From Escherichia coli (lineage in GTDB: Bacteria > Pseudomonadota > Gammaproteobacteria > Enterobacterales > Enterobacteriaceae), in the NCBI GenBank assembly GCA_025336725.1, contig GCA_025336725.1_3647.1: a stretch of DNA of 64,000 nucleotides; one strand, 5' to 3'. Under the pieces are notes generated by a model that made no database searches, was not told the DNA's origin, and worked only from the letters and a program-made list of their open reading frames with translations. Of this stretch, positions 8,871 to 17,012 are shown piece by piece. Position 1 is the first letter of the stretch. Every line of letters starts with the position of its first letter. A program made the position numbers and the translations under genes.

Positions 8871-10338
8871 CAGCTCTACTGATGTCCTGGCCCAAGAGTT
8901 TCATTAGCTCTTCCTGATCCATGTCCTCGTCAAATCTTTCATCAAACCCGCCTACTTCAAGAATCTTATTAATTACTGCAGGAGTTTTTGGCAAGTAACC
9001 TACAGCACCGATCCTCTGGACAAACTTGGAGAAGCTCTCCATGTCCACTTCTTCAATCAGACCGGGTTTCAGTTTAGGCATATCATCATCTTCAAGGATG
9101 ATACCATTCAATGCCAGAAGCTGTGGAATAAGATCTTTATTGAAGGCCTCAGTGATAATATCTATATCACGCTGAACAAAATGCCCATGGATAGACTGTT
9201 TTGACTCAGACAGGGAGAAGGATCCAACGTTATCGTTACCGAGGTTAATAAATCCAGCACCGAAACGGTCAAGAATCGCCTTCTTACGGGCATCAATCAA
9301 ATCTTTAGTTGAATACTGCTTACCCATGCCGTCAACACCCTTCAGGGTCATGGAGTAAAGCTCTTTACCAGACTTATCTCTATCAGACGGAAGTATAAAG
9401 AAACTTTGCTCCCCACTGTGGGCATTTGCTGCGTCAAGCATAAGATCTGCAACCATTCTCCCTTCCATTGAATTCGGGTCAATACTGGCCTTGTTCAGAA
9501 TATTGGAAGGAATTTTCAGCTCAAGCACACCACCAAGGTCTTTGGAGCAGCCAACAACCTCAAGGTTTTCAATCAGAACTTTCTCACGGAAAGATCTGTA
9601 GCAACCTATCATCGGTGACACACCTGCAGGATTAGACTCTGTTCCTGACAAGGTCATGAGCATAAGCTTCTTGGCAGGGATGAAAATTTCAGGCTCATTA
9701 AAGCCTTTTGAAGGCATTGCAGCAAGAGGACCAGCCCAGCGTGCATTCTGCGTGTTTAGAAATGCATTAGGTGATTGATAAATACCTGTCAGTGTTCTAC
9801 TATTCTTGTCAAAGACAAACGGCTCTGATCTGGACAAACTGGCCTGAGGTCGGAATGCAATTTTATCAATAAGAAGCATCCCGGCATATTTACCTTCTTT
9901 CTCTCTGCGGTATACTTTCTCAAACAGTGAAAAACCATACTCGTTAAAGGTAGCTGCGCTTCTTGCAATATCTCGAAGAGTTTGCTGGTTTGCCAAATTA
10001 CGCAAAGAATACTCTATAAGCTCGGCAGCTTTCCTAGAGTCTTCACTTTTAACATTATAAAGGATCTTAAAATCATTAAATGCTTTCGTGATGAAAACAT
10101 ATTTTGTATCTAAGGCAGTAGCAACTGTGGAATCACATTTCATAGTCTCCACTGTGGCAATCAGCTGAGGCCAACGCAATTCCTCAACCATCATAGATTG
10201 TGATTCTGCCATAATTTGGGAAAGTGCGCCAGAACCGATCTCACTCATACGAACATTATGAGTTGGTGCGCCTGCGTTCCCAGATTTATTCACAGTTTTG
10301 GCTGTGGCGTTGTGTTTCCTGCGGTTCTTTTTGGACAC
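8782..10338 (-). CDS. Portal protein (putative)
   Basis: 518-aa ORF immediately downstream of the large terminase on the same strand. Confidence 0.6.
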   Translation of the reverse strand: MSKKNRRKHNATAKTVNKSGNAGAPTHNVRMSEIGSGALSQIMAESQSMMVEELRWPQLIATVETMKCDSTVATALDTKYVFITKAFNDFKILYNVKSEDSRKAAELIEYSLRNLANQQTLRDIARSAATFNEYGFSLFEKVYRREKEGKYAGMLLIDKIAFRPQASLSRSEPFVFDKNSRTLTGIYQSPNAFLNTQNARWAGPLAAMPSKGFNEPEIFIPAKKLMLMTLSGTESNPAGVSPMIGCYRSFREKVLIENLEVVGCSKDLGGVLELKIPSNILNKASIDPNSMEGRMVADLMLDAANAHSGEQSFFILPSDRDKSGKELYSMTLKGVDGMGKQYSTKDLIDARKKAILDRFGAGFINLGNDNVGSFSLSESKQSIHGHFVQRDIDIITEAFNKDLIPQLLALNGIILEDDDMPKLKPGLIEEVDMESFSKFVQRIGAVGYLPKTPAVINKILEVGGFDERFDEDMDQEELMKLLGQDISRAGDGMAAGSTGNGTSKMSSTRDNSISNMEN

Positions 10339-10440
10339 AAGCTTTACCCCTCAAAACAGTATAACAAAATAGCCCTCGTGTCAGAGGGCTAGTATCTCCG
10401 ATTACTCTATTCTACCACATCTAATTAAGATTGGCAACAC

Positions 10441-11583
10441 TTAGATAAAACGCTTGAACATAGAGGGTGATGAGATTGATGGAATCACACAAGGCAGCGC
10501 TACCTCCTCTTTCTCCAGGAAATTAATCGCAGAAGCTACACAGTCGGCCCAGTCGTCTTTTCTGTTAAATGTTGATCTTTCCCCGTTGAATTTTTCAAGT
10601 TCAGTCAGAAATGCTTCCAGAGTATCAGGATGAAAACTGGATTTTACAATCCTCACCATCCCTTGTTGGGCAAGATTGGCAAAAGGTGAGAACCTTGTCA
10701 GTTTAGATTTGTTGGAAGGCATTGGGTCTTCTTCAACCCTGAACCCTTCGGCGAGCAAGGATCTGGATGAGGTTAAGAACTCACTCTTACCTGCCTGACC
10801 AGGGTCCACAGAAAATACGATTATGCAATCATCTCCATCAAACTGCGCCTGTTTTCTGATGATCACATCTCGTTCCCCAGCCTTTTTACAGAACTTGCCT
10901 TCCAGACCTGTGGAATACCTCCCGTCATCCACGTTCTCAGGACAATAGTCCCCAGATAGGTAATAAAAGCCGTCGCTATCTTTACTTACCTTAACACTGG
11001 CGGTAAAGTCAGGAAATTTATTACCGGAAGTTCTCTCGGTTCCTGCCTTATCCCATGCCCTGCAAGATACTGATCCAAGAGGTACTCTATCGGCATCACG
11101 AAGGAAAGATCTTTGGAAATAGTTTGCACCCTCAGGTTTGGCAAACCAGTTGCCATGAAGAAGCTGGGCTTTTTCCAGCTCTGGCAGACCTTCAAGGAAA
11201 GCAAGGTATTCTGGGTTGTCTCTCAGGCATACAGGATTATCGAAAATTGTTGCGCCTATAAACGAGAATGACAACGGTCTTGGCTTGATTTCCACACCTA
11301 GTCCATTGACCGTAGTGTATTTCTCTATTAACTCCTCTTTAGAGTCTCCCCAGATAAACTCACCGTCGCGTCGGATAAAATATCTTTTCTTACCACATTT
11401 CTCCGGATCTGGATACCCTTCATCGTCCAACCACCACCTAACCAGTTTGGCAAGCATGTGTTCTGAGTCGGGGTTACAACTGATAACCATTCTTGATGGA
11501 TACTTTGACTGAGATCGCAGACGAGACATCAAATAGTCTATCTGCTCCCATTCGAATTGCGTGCCTTCATCGAAGCAAACCAT
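10441..11583 (-). CDS. terL: Large terminase, Walker B and nuclease segment
   Basis: Begins MVCFDEGTQF (Walker B hhhhDE); same frame as 11611..11988, separated from it by a single TAA at 11608-11610. Confidence 0.75.
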   Translation of the reverse strand: MVCFDEGTQFEWEQIDYLMSRLRSQSKYPSRMVISCNPDSEHMLAKLVRWWLDDEGYPDPEKCGKKRYFIRRDGEFIWGDSKEELIEKYTTVNGLGVEIKPRPLSFSFIGATIFDNPVCLRDNPEYLAFLEGLPELEKAQLLHGNWFAKPEGANYFQRSFLRDADRVPLGSVSCRAWDKAGTERTSGNKFPDFTASVKVSKDSDGFYYLSGDYCPENVDDGRYSTGLEGKFCKKAGERDVIIRKQAQFDGDDCIIVFSVDPGQAGKSEFLTSSRSLLAEGFRVEEDPMPSNKSKLTRFSPFANLAQQGMVRIVKSSFHPDTLEAFLTELEKFNGERSTFNRKDDWADCVASAINFLEKEEVALPCVIPSISSPSMFKRFI

Positions 11584-11610
11584 GGTGTATTCAAGTCCTT
11601 GATGGTTAGT

Positions 11611-11988
11611 TTATCTTGGACATACTCCATGTGGCAGTATTTTACAACGGCCTCCTTTTTTGCTCCTGTCCCACTTGCCAGTGCTCGGATCAAACCGTGG
11701 AAAAATAAACTTATGATCCTTCTCTCTGAACTTTGGTTTAATGTTTTCAGGCAGATCACTGTAAATAGCTACTGCTTTAGGCCATAGCCCACCCTCACCT
11801 TCCAACTGTGGAGTTGTTCTTCGGAACATAACCACAGAGCTGTGTGGGTCATCAATAATTTTAAGTGGCATTAGCTGCAAGAGGAACGACTTGCCAGAAC
11901 CGGCTGCACCTCCGATCACCAAAATATCTGCATCGTTCTCAAGGATCATCTTCTGCTTTTCAGAACACGGTCCGTAAATCTTAGACAT
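11611..11988 (-). CDS. terL: Large terminase, N-terminal ATPase segment
   Basis: Walker A GGAAGSGKS; ends at an in-frame TAA 8 codons before the downstream segment. Confidence 0.75.
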   Translation of the reverse strand: MSKIYGPCSEKQKMILENDADILVIGGAAGSGKSFLLQLMPLKIIDDPHSSVVMFRRTTPQLEGEGGLWPKAVAIYSDLPENIKPKFREKDHKFIFPRFDPSTGKWDRSKKGGRCKILPHGVCPR

Positions 11989-12275
11989 TAACCTCTCTCC
12001 TTTGGAAACAGTGTTCTTATATAGTCTTGCAAAATGATCAATTTAGCTCTATCATTACTACAAGACAGGTTATTATCCCTCATAATGCCAGAATTCACCG
12101 CATCTGGCGCACCTTTCTTCAAAGGGATAGCTTTAGCAGGTGGTTTCATAGCACCCTCGGGAGGTTTAACAATCAACCTTCCTACATCAGGAGGGTCAAT
12201 CTTATATTCTTTTTCGACACTTGTCGCACATCCGCACAGCAGTAAGCAAGCAACTAACAATACGGTGGCTCTCAT
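11988..12275 (-). CDS. o-spanin (outer-membrane lipoprotein, Rz1-like)
   Basis: 95 aa; signal peptide with lipobox-like LLLCGC; Pro-rich; 4-nt overlap with upstream i-spanin. Confidence 0.5.
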   Translation of the reverse strand: MRATVLLVACLLLCGCATSVEKEYKIDPPDVGRLIVKPPEGAMKPPAKAIPLKKGAPDAVNSGIMRDNNLSCSNDRAKLIILQDYIRTLFPKERG

Positions 12276-12670
12276 CTACCCTCCTGATTTATACTCTCAT
12301 TATAAATCTCTATAAGCTGATCAGGGAGTGTTGACTTCTTACCCTCAGGAGACTGGAGGTAAATAATCTGCTTTTCTTTACCTGCCTTCTCAGCTATACT
12401 TAATTTATCCTGCAGGTCAGAAAGGGATTTTTCAAGGTTTTTAACCTCCTCTGCGTGACCCATTTTAATCCTGTCCGCTTGCTTTTGTTGCTGATCAAGG
12501 ATCCGTTCCCACTTCAACTCTGTTGCTGTCACACCTTCCTGGTAAGCAGTGTCAAGCTTAGAATTAAACCAATATACGGCACCAAGATAGGCTATACCAA
12601 GAGTTGCTGCAAAAACTAAACCTTTTATGACCCCTTTATACCTGCCCAGTCCTGTTAAAACTGAAATCAT
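12272..12670 (-). CDS. i-spanin (Rz-like)
   Basis: N-terminal transmembrane helix then coiled coil; start refined to the Met preceded by GGAG (track ORF extends to 12706). Confidence 0.5.
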   Translation of the reverse strand: MISVLTGLGRYKGVIKGLVFAATLGIAYLGAVYWFNSKLDTAYQEGVTATELKWERILDQQQKQADRIKMGHAEEVKNLEKSLSDLQDKLSIAEKAGKEKQIIYLQSPEGKKSTLPDQLIEIYNESINQEGR

Positions 12671-12775
12671 TTTACGGCTCCAGAAACGAAAAAACCCCGC
12701 AGCCATACAGCTAACGGGGCGGGTTAAAATTGAGTAACCTAAATAGATCGAAACTAACTAAAAGGAGACTAATAC

Positions 12776-13045
12776 TTATCGAGGCACTCGGTGGATGATT
12801 CTAACAGTAACTGCATTCTCATTCATCAAGTAAGCATCCACATCTCTGTAAATATAAAACTTCTGCTCGCTATCAACAACACAAGCTACTGCCCCTTCAG
12901 AGTTGTCTTCAAAGAAGACCACTACTGCATCGCAGCTTAGTTCATGATACGACTCTCGAAGATTTACAGCAAGAGGGTTGAAATCGTCACGAAAATCTAC
13001 AGTATGGGTTGGATTTACACGTTCTACAATTTTAAGTGTATACAT
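12776..13045 (-). CDS. Hypothetical protein
   Basis: Track ORF 12776..13201 trimmed to Met 53 because the upstream extension overlaps tRNA-Pro. Confidence 0.35.
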   Translation of the reverse strand: MYTLKIVERVNPTHTVDFRDDFNPLAVNLRESYHELSCDAVVVFFEDNSEGAVACVVDSEQKFYIYRDVDAYLMNENAVTVRIIHRVPR

Positions 13046-13088
13046 TTTTAGGATTCCTTTTGTATATATGTTTAAGGTATGGTGAAAT

Positions 13089-13165
13089 TGGTCTCCACGG
13101 AGTGATTCGAACACTCGACCTCCTGATCCCAAATCAGGCGCTCTACCAAGCTGAGCTACGCGGAG
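13089..13165 (-). tRNA. tRNA-Pro (anticodon TGG)
   Basis: Hand-folded cloverleaf: acceptor CTCCGCG/CGTGGAG, anticodon stem CCTGA/TCAGG with loop TTTGGGA, T-loop TTCGAAT, encoded CCA. Confidence 0.65.
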
Positions 13166-13174
13166 TTTATAATT

Positions 13175-13249
13175 TGGTGGCCCTGGGTGGAATTGAACCA
13201 CCGTCTGGCGATTATGAGTCGCTTGCTTGAACCTTCCAGCTACAGGGCC
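13175..13249 (-). tRNA. tRNA-Met (anticodon CAT; could be Ile-lysidine)
   Basis: Acceptor GGCCCTG/CAGGGCC, anticodon loop CTCATAA, T-loop TTCAATT, encoded CCA. Confidence 0.6.
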
Positions 13250-13250
13250 A

Positions 13251-13326
13251 TGGTGCTGATGGCAGGACTCGAACCTGCAACCTATTGATTACAAATCAAT
13301 TGCACTACCAATTGTGCTACATCAGC
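13251..13326 (-). tRNA. tRNA-Thr (anticodon TGT)
   Basis: Acceptor GCTGATG/CATCAGC, anticodon stem ATTGA/TCAAT with loop TTTGTAA, T-arm GCAGG-TTCGAGT-CCTGC, CCA. Confidence 0.6.
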
Positions 13327-13331
13327 AAAAA

Positions 13332-13430
13332 GGTGCTAGGCGATGGAATCGAACCACCTATGTATTCAACGACTACTTCGTCTATTTTCAGGATTAAAAA
13401 TCCTCGCCCTTGCCAAAGGGCCTACCTAGC
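13332..13430 (-). tRNA. Atypical tRNA-like element (~99 nt), identity unresolved
   Basis: Good acceptor (GCTAGGT/GCCTAGC), D-arm and T-arm (GGTGG-TTCGATT-CCATC); only plausible anticodon hairpin AGGA-TTTTTAA-TCCT (TTT) plus a ~30-nt variable region with its own hairpin. Confidence 0.4.
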
Positions 13431-13528
13431 ATATTATGCGAATCATGCTGCTAGTCGGCGATGACGACTGTAACATTTGTTAATCCGGTTCTGCTTCCGG
13501 AGCTCGCTTAATTTCATGATCCACGATC

Positions 13529-13618
13529 TGGCAGAGAGTAATGGAATCGAACCATCATCGAGGATATCTCAACGGGACGGTTTTCAAGACCGCTTGAGCA
13601 CCATGCTCCCTACTCTCT
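13529..13618 (-). tRNA. tRNA-Ser (anticodon TGA), long variable arm
   Basis: Acceptor AGAGAGT/ACTCTCT, anticodon stem GCGGT/ACCGT with loop CTTGAAA, ~20-nt variable arm, T-loop TTCGATT, CCA. Confidence 0.6.
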
Positions 13619-13730
13619 TTTTATAAACAACACTGATAATGACACTGATTTTCGAACAGTTAGTGACTAGTATAAACGACGATAAACATCAATGTCATTA
13701 TCTATGTTATTTATCACAAATATGTAATTT

Positions 13731-13817
13731 TGGTGGGGAGTGATGGAGTCGAACCACCCGAGTCGCAATGACAATAGATTTACAGTCTACACCGCTACCC
13801 CTACGGTATAACTCCCC
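13731..13817 (-). tRNA. tRNA-Tyr (anticodon GTA), long variable arm
   Basis: Acceptor GGGGAGT/ACTCCCC, anticodon stem GTAGA/TCTAT with loop CTGTAAA, ~15-nt variable arm, T-loop TTCGACT, CCA. Confidence 0.6.
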
Positions 13818-13821
13818 GATT

Positions 13822-13896
13822 TGGCACCCCGTACTGGACTCGAACCAGTGTCAACGGCTTAGAAGGCCGCTGCTTTATCCACTAAGCTAACAGGGC
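13822..13896 (-). tRNA. tRNA-Arg (anticodon TCT)
   Basis: Anticodon stem GCGGC/GCCGT with loop CTTCTAA, T-loop TTCGAGT, CCA; acceptor contains G-U wobbles. Confidence 0.55.
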
Positions 13897-13954
13897 ACTG
13901 GGTGGCTTTCTTTTACACCTGAGCCGCCAGAAAAGGTGGGAGACCATGTTTATA

Positions 13955-13983
13955 ATATTACACTGTTAAGCAAAGTTTGTCAA
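13955..13983 (-). promoter_or_regulatory. Sigma70-type promoter for the tRNA operon
   Basis: Minus strand TTGACA - 17 nt - TAATAT about 50 nt upstream of tRNA-Arg. Confidence 0.55.
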
Positions 13984-13992
13984 GAAAATATT

Positions 13993-14187
13993 TTAACTGT
14001 TGCTAACAGGCTGTATTTCGGTGGTAAACGGCATAAAAGGTGCTGGTTTTTCAGCCTCTTCTACTACCACCTCTTCTTCCTCTTCACCAAACATCTCATC
14101 ATATTCTTCCTGCATTCTGTCTGCCTTGTCAAGGACATACTCTGCAATGCTTTGACGAATATTTTGTTTGGTTTTCGGATCCAACAT
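13993..14187 (-). CDS. Hypothetical protein, 3' portion (5' end lost in assembly gap)
   Basis: Acidic C-terminal ORF segment running into the N-run. Confidence 0.3.
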   Translation of the reverse strand: MLDPKTKQNIRQSIAEYVLDKADRMQEEYDEMFGEEEEEVVVEEAEKPAPFMPFTTEIQPVSNS

Positions 14188-14288
14188 CNNNNNNNNNNNN
14201 NNNNNNNNNNNNNNNNNNNNNNNNNNNNNNNNNNNNNNNNNNNNNNNNNNNNNNNNNNNNNNNNNNNNNNNNNNNNNNNNNNNNNNNN
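14188..14288. other. Assembly gap (run of N)
   Basis: About 100 consecutive N characters in the sequence. Confidence 0.95.
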
Positions 14289-14296
14289 AAACAACC

Positions 14297-14539
14297 TCAT
14301 TGTAAAGCACAAATAAATAAAACATACTTAATTTGTTTGTTATCGGGCTCAGGGTAGAAGTAGAAGATCTTGCTATCACCAATCTGAACACCACCATCCC
14401 AACAACATAAACCATAACCCGTATTCATACAAGCTAAGTCGTTGGCAAAATCTATTGCATCATCTAGTGCACGAAATTCACCTTCATCTTCTAAATAATC
14501 CTCATTCATGGAGCGGAAAACGAGCTTAACCTTAAACAT
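14297..14539 (-). CDS. Hypothetical protein (3' end may lie in the gap)
   Basis: 80-aa track ORF abutting the N-run. Confidence 0.3.
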   Translation of the reverse strand: MFKVKLVFRSMNEDYLEDEGEFRALDDAIDFANDLACMNTGYGLCCWDGGVQIGDSKIFYFYPEPDNKQIKYVLFICALQ

Positions 14540-14615
14540 AGCATTACCTGTAGACCTCGTAAGTTAAAATTGCATCACATCATATTGCAGATCTTATCAG
14601 GTAACACTGTTTTTG

Positions 14616-14804
14616 TCAACAGATTCCGGCCTTATCCTTCCTGTCTGCGTACTCTTTAATCGCAATCTCATCTGCATTGAGGGCCAAGCCTTCAAAGTAA
14701 TCCTCAAGCTCCTCGTCAATATCAGGAGACCAGCTCTTTTTCCTGTCAGTGTGAATTGCAGACTTGTTGAACTTATTACAGTTCTTTGCTACCGGATTGT
14801 TCAT
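14616..14804 (-). CDS. Hypothetical protein
   Basis: 62-aa track ORF, same orientation as neighbours. Confidence 0.3.
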   Translation of the reverse strand: MNNPVAKNCNKFNKSAIHTDRKKSWSPDIDEELEDYFEGLALNADEIAIKEYADRKDKAGIC

Positions 14805-14819
14805 TAGCTCTCCTCAGCG

Positions 14820-15392
14820 TTCATAGTAAATTTTATTTAACATTACCTCATTCTTTGCAGAAAGAATACCGAGATATGCATCACCGAACCTACCTGCAAC
14901 AACCTCTGCATGATACATCACTTCGTTAATATCGTCAAGAGTGATAACTGGATGACCGTATCTCTCTGAATATTGTCTTAGAGTGCGATGTAGAGAGTCG
15001 TCATCGTAGGCAGACTTTTTAATATCGCAAACACGACGAATAGCCTTGATGTCGAAAAACCCTGTGCGATACTAACCAAAGGAAAGTGTCTCATCAGTAT
15101 CAACATCTACATCAATACTAGCAAGAACCTTATCTACAAGATAGCTGTCATCCTTTGGACTAGCTTCCTTAGTGCGAATGTAGTTGCCATCTTTCCCTGG
15201 TGACAACTCCTTCTCATCACCAACTCGCATGTCATCGTTTGGCGGTGTTAACCACTTATCTGGATGCTTACGATCACGAGCGTCCGAATGATTGCGCTGG
15301 AAACCTGGCTTCCACTTGAAAGTTTTCCCCATCTGTTCTTCATCCTGATAACGTTTTGCAATCTTTTCTCGGTCATGTTTGCGTGAGCTCAT
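14820..15392 (-). CDS. Hypothetical protein, apparently frameshifted into two segments
   Basis: Track ORF 15072..15392 continues in another frame (YRTGFFDIKAIRRV...KIYYER, no start codon of its own) down to ~14820; shift sits near a TTTTT run. Confidence 0.3.
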
Positions 15393-15499
15393 AGCTGACT
15401 CCTCTTCAGGTTATAGAAAAACTCACTGTATCGCTTTGTAACAAGCTTTTCTATCAATCTGGTGTGATTGCCTTACCTAATGTAGTTCACACAGCTGTA

Positions 15500-15770
15500 G
15501 AGCGATTTAGAGGCCTTCTTGCCAGTTTCCACACATAAACTTTAAACAAACTCGCGCGGGAGACTCTCAACCGACTCCTTACGGCGCTTGCAAGCTTTCG
15601 TCGGCGGTCCACATTAGTGCTCGGCCTTTGGCCTGCGCTATAGCTTCGCTACCACACATGTGAACAGTCATGCATGTATGCACGCCTGTTATTGTGTGCA
15701 CTATGGAGGCCCGGCATCTCGCCCCTCATAGGCGAGTGCCAATGAAGGGCCGACACTATACCAGTAAGTA
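15500..15770. other. GC-rich, ORF-free, hairpin-dense segment (candidate structured RNA/leader)
   Basis: Multiple stems, e.g. GGCCC-GGCA-CTCGCC-loop-GGCGAG-TGCC-GGGCC (15708-15751), GGCC-ttt-GGCC, GCTTGCAAGC; no ORF of 60 aa or more. Confidence 0.3.
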
Positions 15771-15896
15771 ATAAATTTAAAACATAATACTTTAGATCTA
15801 GTATATTCTACATAAGTTAAGTATATGTACTTTAGTACCATAAGTACTAGATCTTTTATTTTTTATTATTTAGTTATTTTAGTTATATTCTTTATG

Positions 15897-15977
15897 TGTC
15901 CGTATCACGGACAGTTAGTGTCCGTATTACGGACAGATGTGTCCGCGTGGCGGACAGTAGTGTCCGTCTCACGGACA
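15897..15977. promoter_or_regulatory. Array of four palindromic operator-like sites TGTCCG-N5-CGGACA
   Basis: Perfect 6-bp inverted arms at ~15897, 15919, 15940, 15961 (21-22 bp phasing), intergenic. Confidence 0.6.
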
Positions 15978-16052
15978 GTTGGTAATCTTTGTGCTGTTGT
16001 GGACATAAAACATACATACCTTTATAATACAAATATTTAAGTTTTTACTGGT

Positions 16053-16403
16053 CTAACCAGTTGTCGACATGTGAATCACTTCTTCTGGTGGTAAAACTTT
16101 AGAAAATGTGCATCTTTTCCCTCTCCCTTGTGTGGAAGTTTCAACTATCCCAGCACACTCTAAAGTTCTAACGCATTCTGCTGCTTTCGTTTTCTTAATC
16201 CCTGTATCAGCTGCAATTTTCCTTGTGCTTGGTGTGAATCGTGAATTTCCTCCAAGCTTATACCAGTTGTGCAGATAGCAGTATACTACCTTGTCATACA
16301 GATCAAGAATAACCACCTCTCCTGTTGTAGTATTCAAAACTTTCGACAGAGAAAGTATCCCAAGCGGGACTTTAAGATAGGGCAGCTTATCCTCATCTTT
16401 CAT
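16053..16403 (-). CDS. Small DNA-binding-like protein (possible winged helix)
   Basis: 116-aa track ORF; segment RKIAADTGIKKTKAAECVRTLECAGIV resembles an HTH; adjacent to the palindrome array. Confidence 0.3.
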   Translation of the reverse strand: MKDEDKLPYLKVPLGILSLSKVLNTTTGEVVILDLYDKVVYCYLHNWYKLGGNSRFTPSTRKIAADTGIKKTKAAECVRTLECAGIVETSTQGRGKRCTFSKVLPPEEVIHMSTTG

Positions 16404-16450
16404 ATCTCCTGATTCTCCTTGTGTGGATATTTTCTTTAATATAGCAGGGA

Positions 16451-17005
16451 TTACTCCCTGCTGTCAATATCAAAACCCATTGCAAGGCCGTATGCCTCTT
16501 CTAGCGGTAACAGTCTCCCCCACACATCCCAACCAACATCCAACTGCCTGCCAAATAACTGTTGTGTGGTTCCGTGAGCATGACCAAACAGTTGAACTGA
16601 TCCGTGGGGCTTTCTGTTCCACGTTGCAAACTGGTAATGGCTCATACAGATCAGATTCTTGTTGTGGCGAAGCTCGTAATAATCTACAACCTCATGACAG
16701 AACTCTTTCATAATTCTGACAGTCGTCCTTGTGTCATGGTTACCACGAACAAGAATAATATGTCCGTTCAGCATATTTAGAATTTCAGGCAGTAAGTTGT
16801 TGATATTCTTATCCTTAGTGCATGCAATGTCTCCCAAGTGGAACACGGTGTCCCATGGTGACACAATTGAGTTCCACTTGTCTATGATCCCTGCATTCAT
16901 GCTATCAAGATCGTGGTTATACTGCGATCTGTGCTTTTGACAAGAATCGAACTCCATAACACGCTGGTGGAGAAAGTGTGTGTCACTTGTTATAAAATAT
17001 TTCAT
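16451..17005 (-). CDS. Calcineurin-like metallophosphoesterase
   Basis: Motifs SDTHF (DxH), GD, LVRGNHD (GNHD), GHAHG (GHxH). Confidence 0.75.
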   Translation of the reverse strand: MKYFITSDTHFLHQRVMEFDSCQKHRSQYNHDLDSMNAGIIDKWNSIVSPWDTVFHLGDIACTKDKNINNLLPEILNMLNGHIILVRGNHDTRTTVRIMKEFCHEVVDYYELRHNKNLICMSHYQFATWNRKPHGSVQLFGHAHGTTQQLFGRQLDVGWDVWGRLLPLEEAYGLAMGFDIDSRE

Positions 17006-17012
17006 ACTATCC

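Noticed and set aside
13046-13201. N-terminal extension of track ORF 12776..13201
   Set aside because: The extension overlaps tRNA-Pro on the same strand; the gene more plausibly starts at Met 53 (13045).
13251-13326. Initial call of this tRNA as tRNA-Tyr
   Set aside because: A better anticodon stem register (ATTGA/TCAAT, loop TTTGTAA) gives anticodon TGT (Thr) with U33 and A37; the real Tyr gene is at 13731..13817 with a long variable arm.
15897-15977. Possible CRISPR array
   Set aside because: The units are 17-bp palindromes with 4-5 bp linkers and only four copies; there are no 25-40 bp repeats separated by unique spacers and no cas genes.
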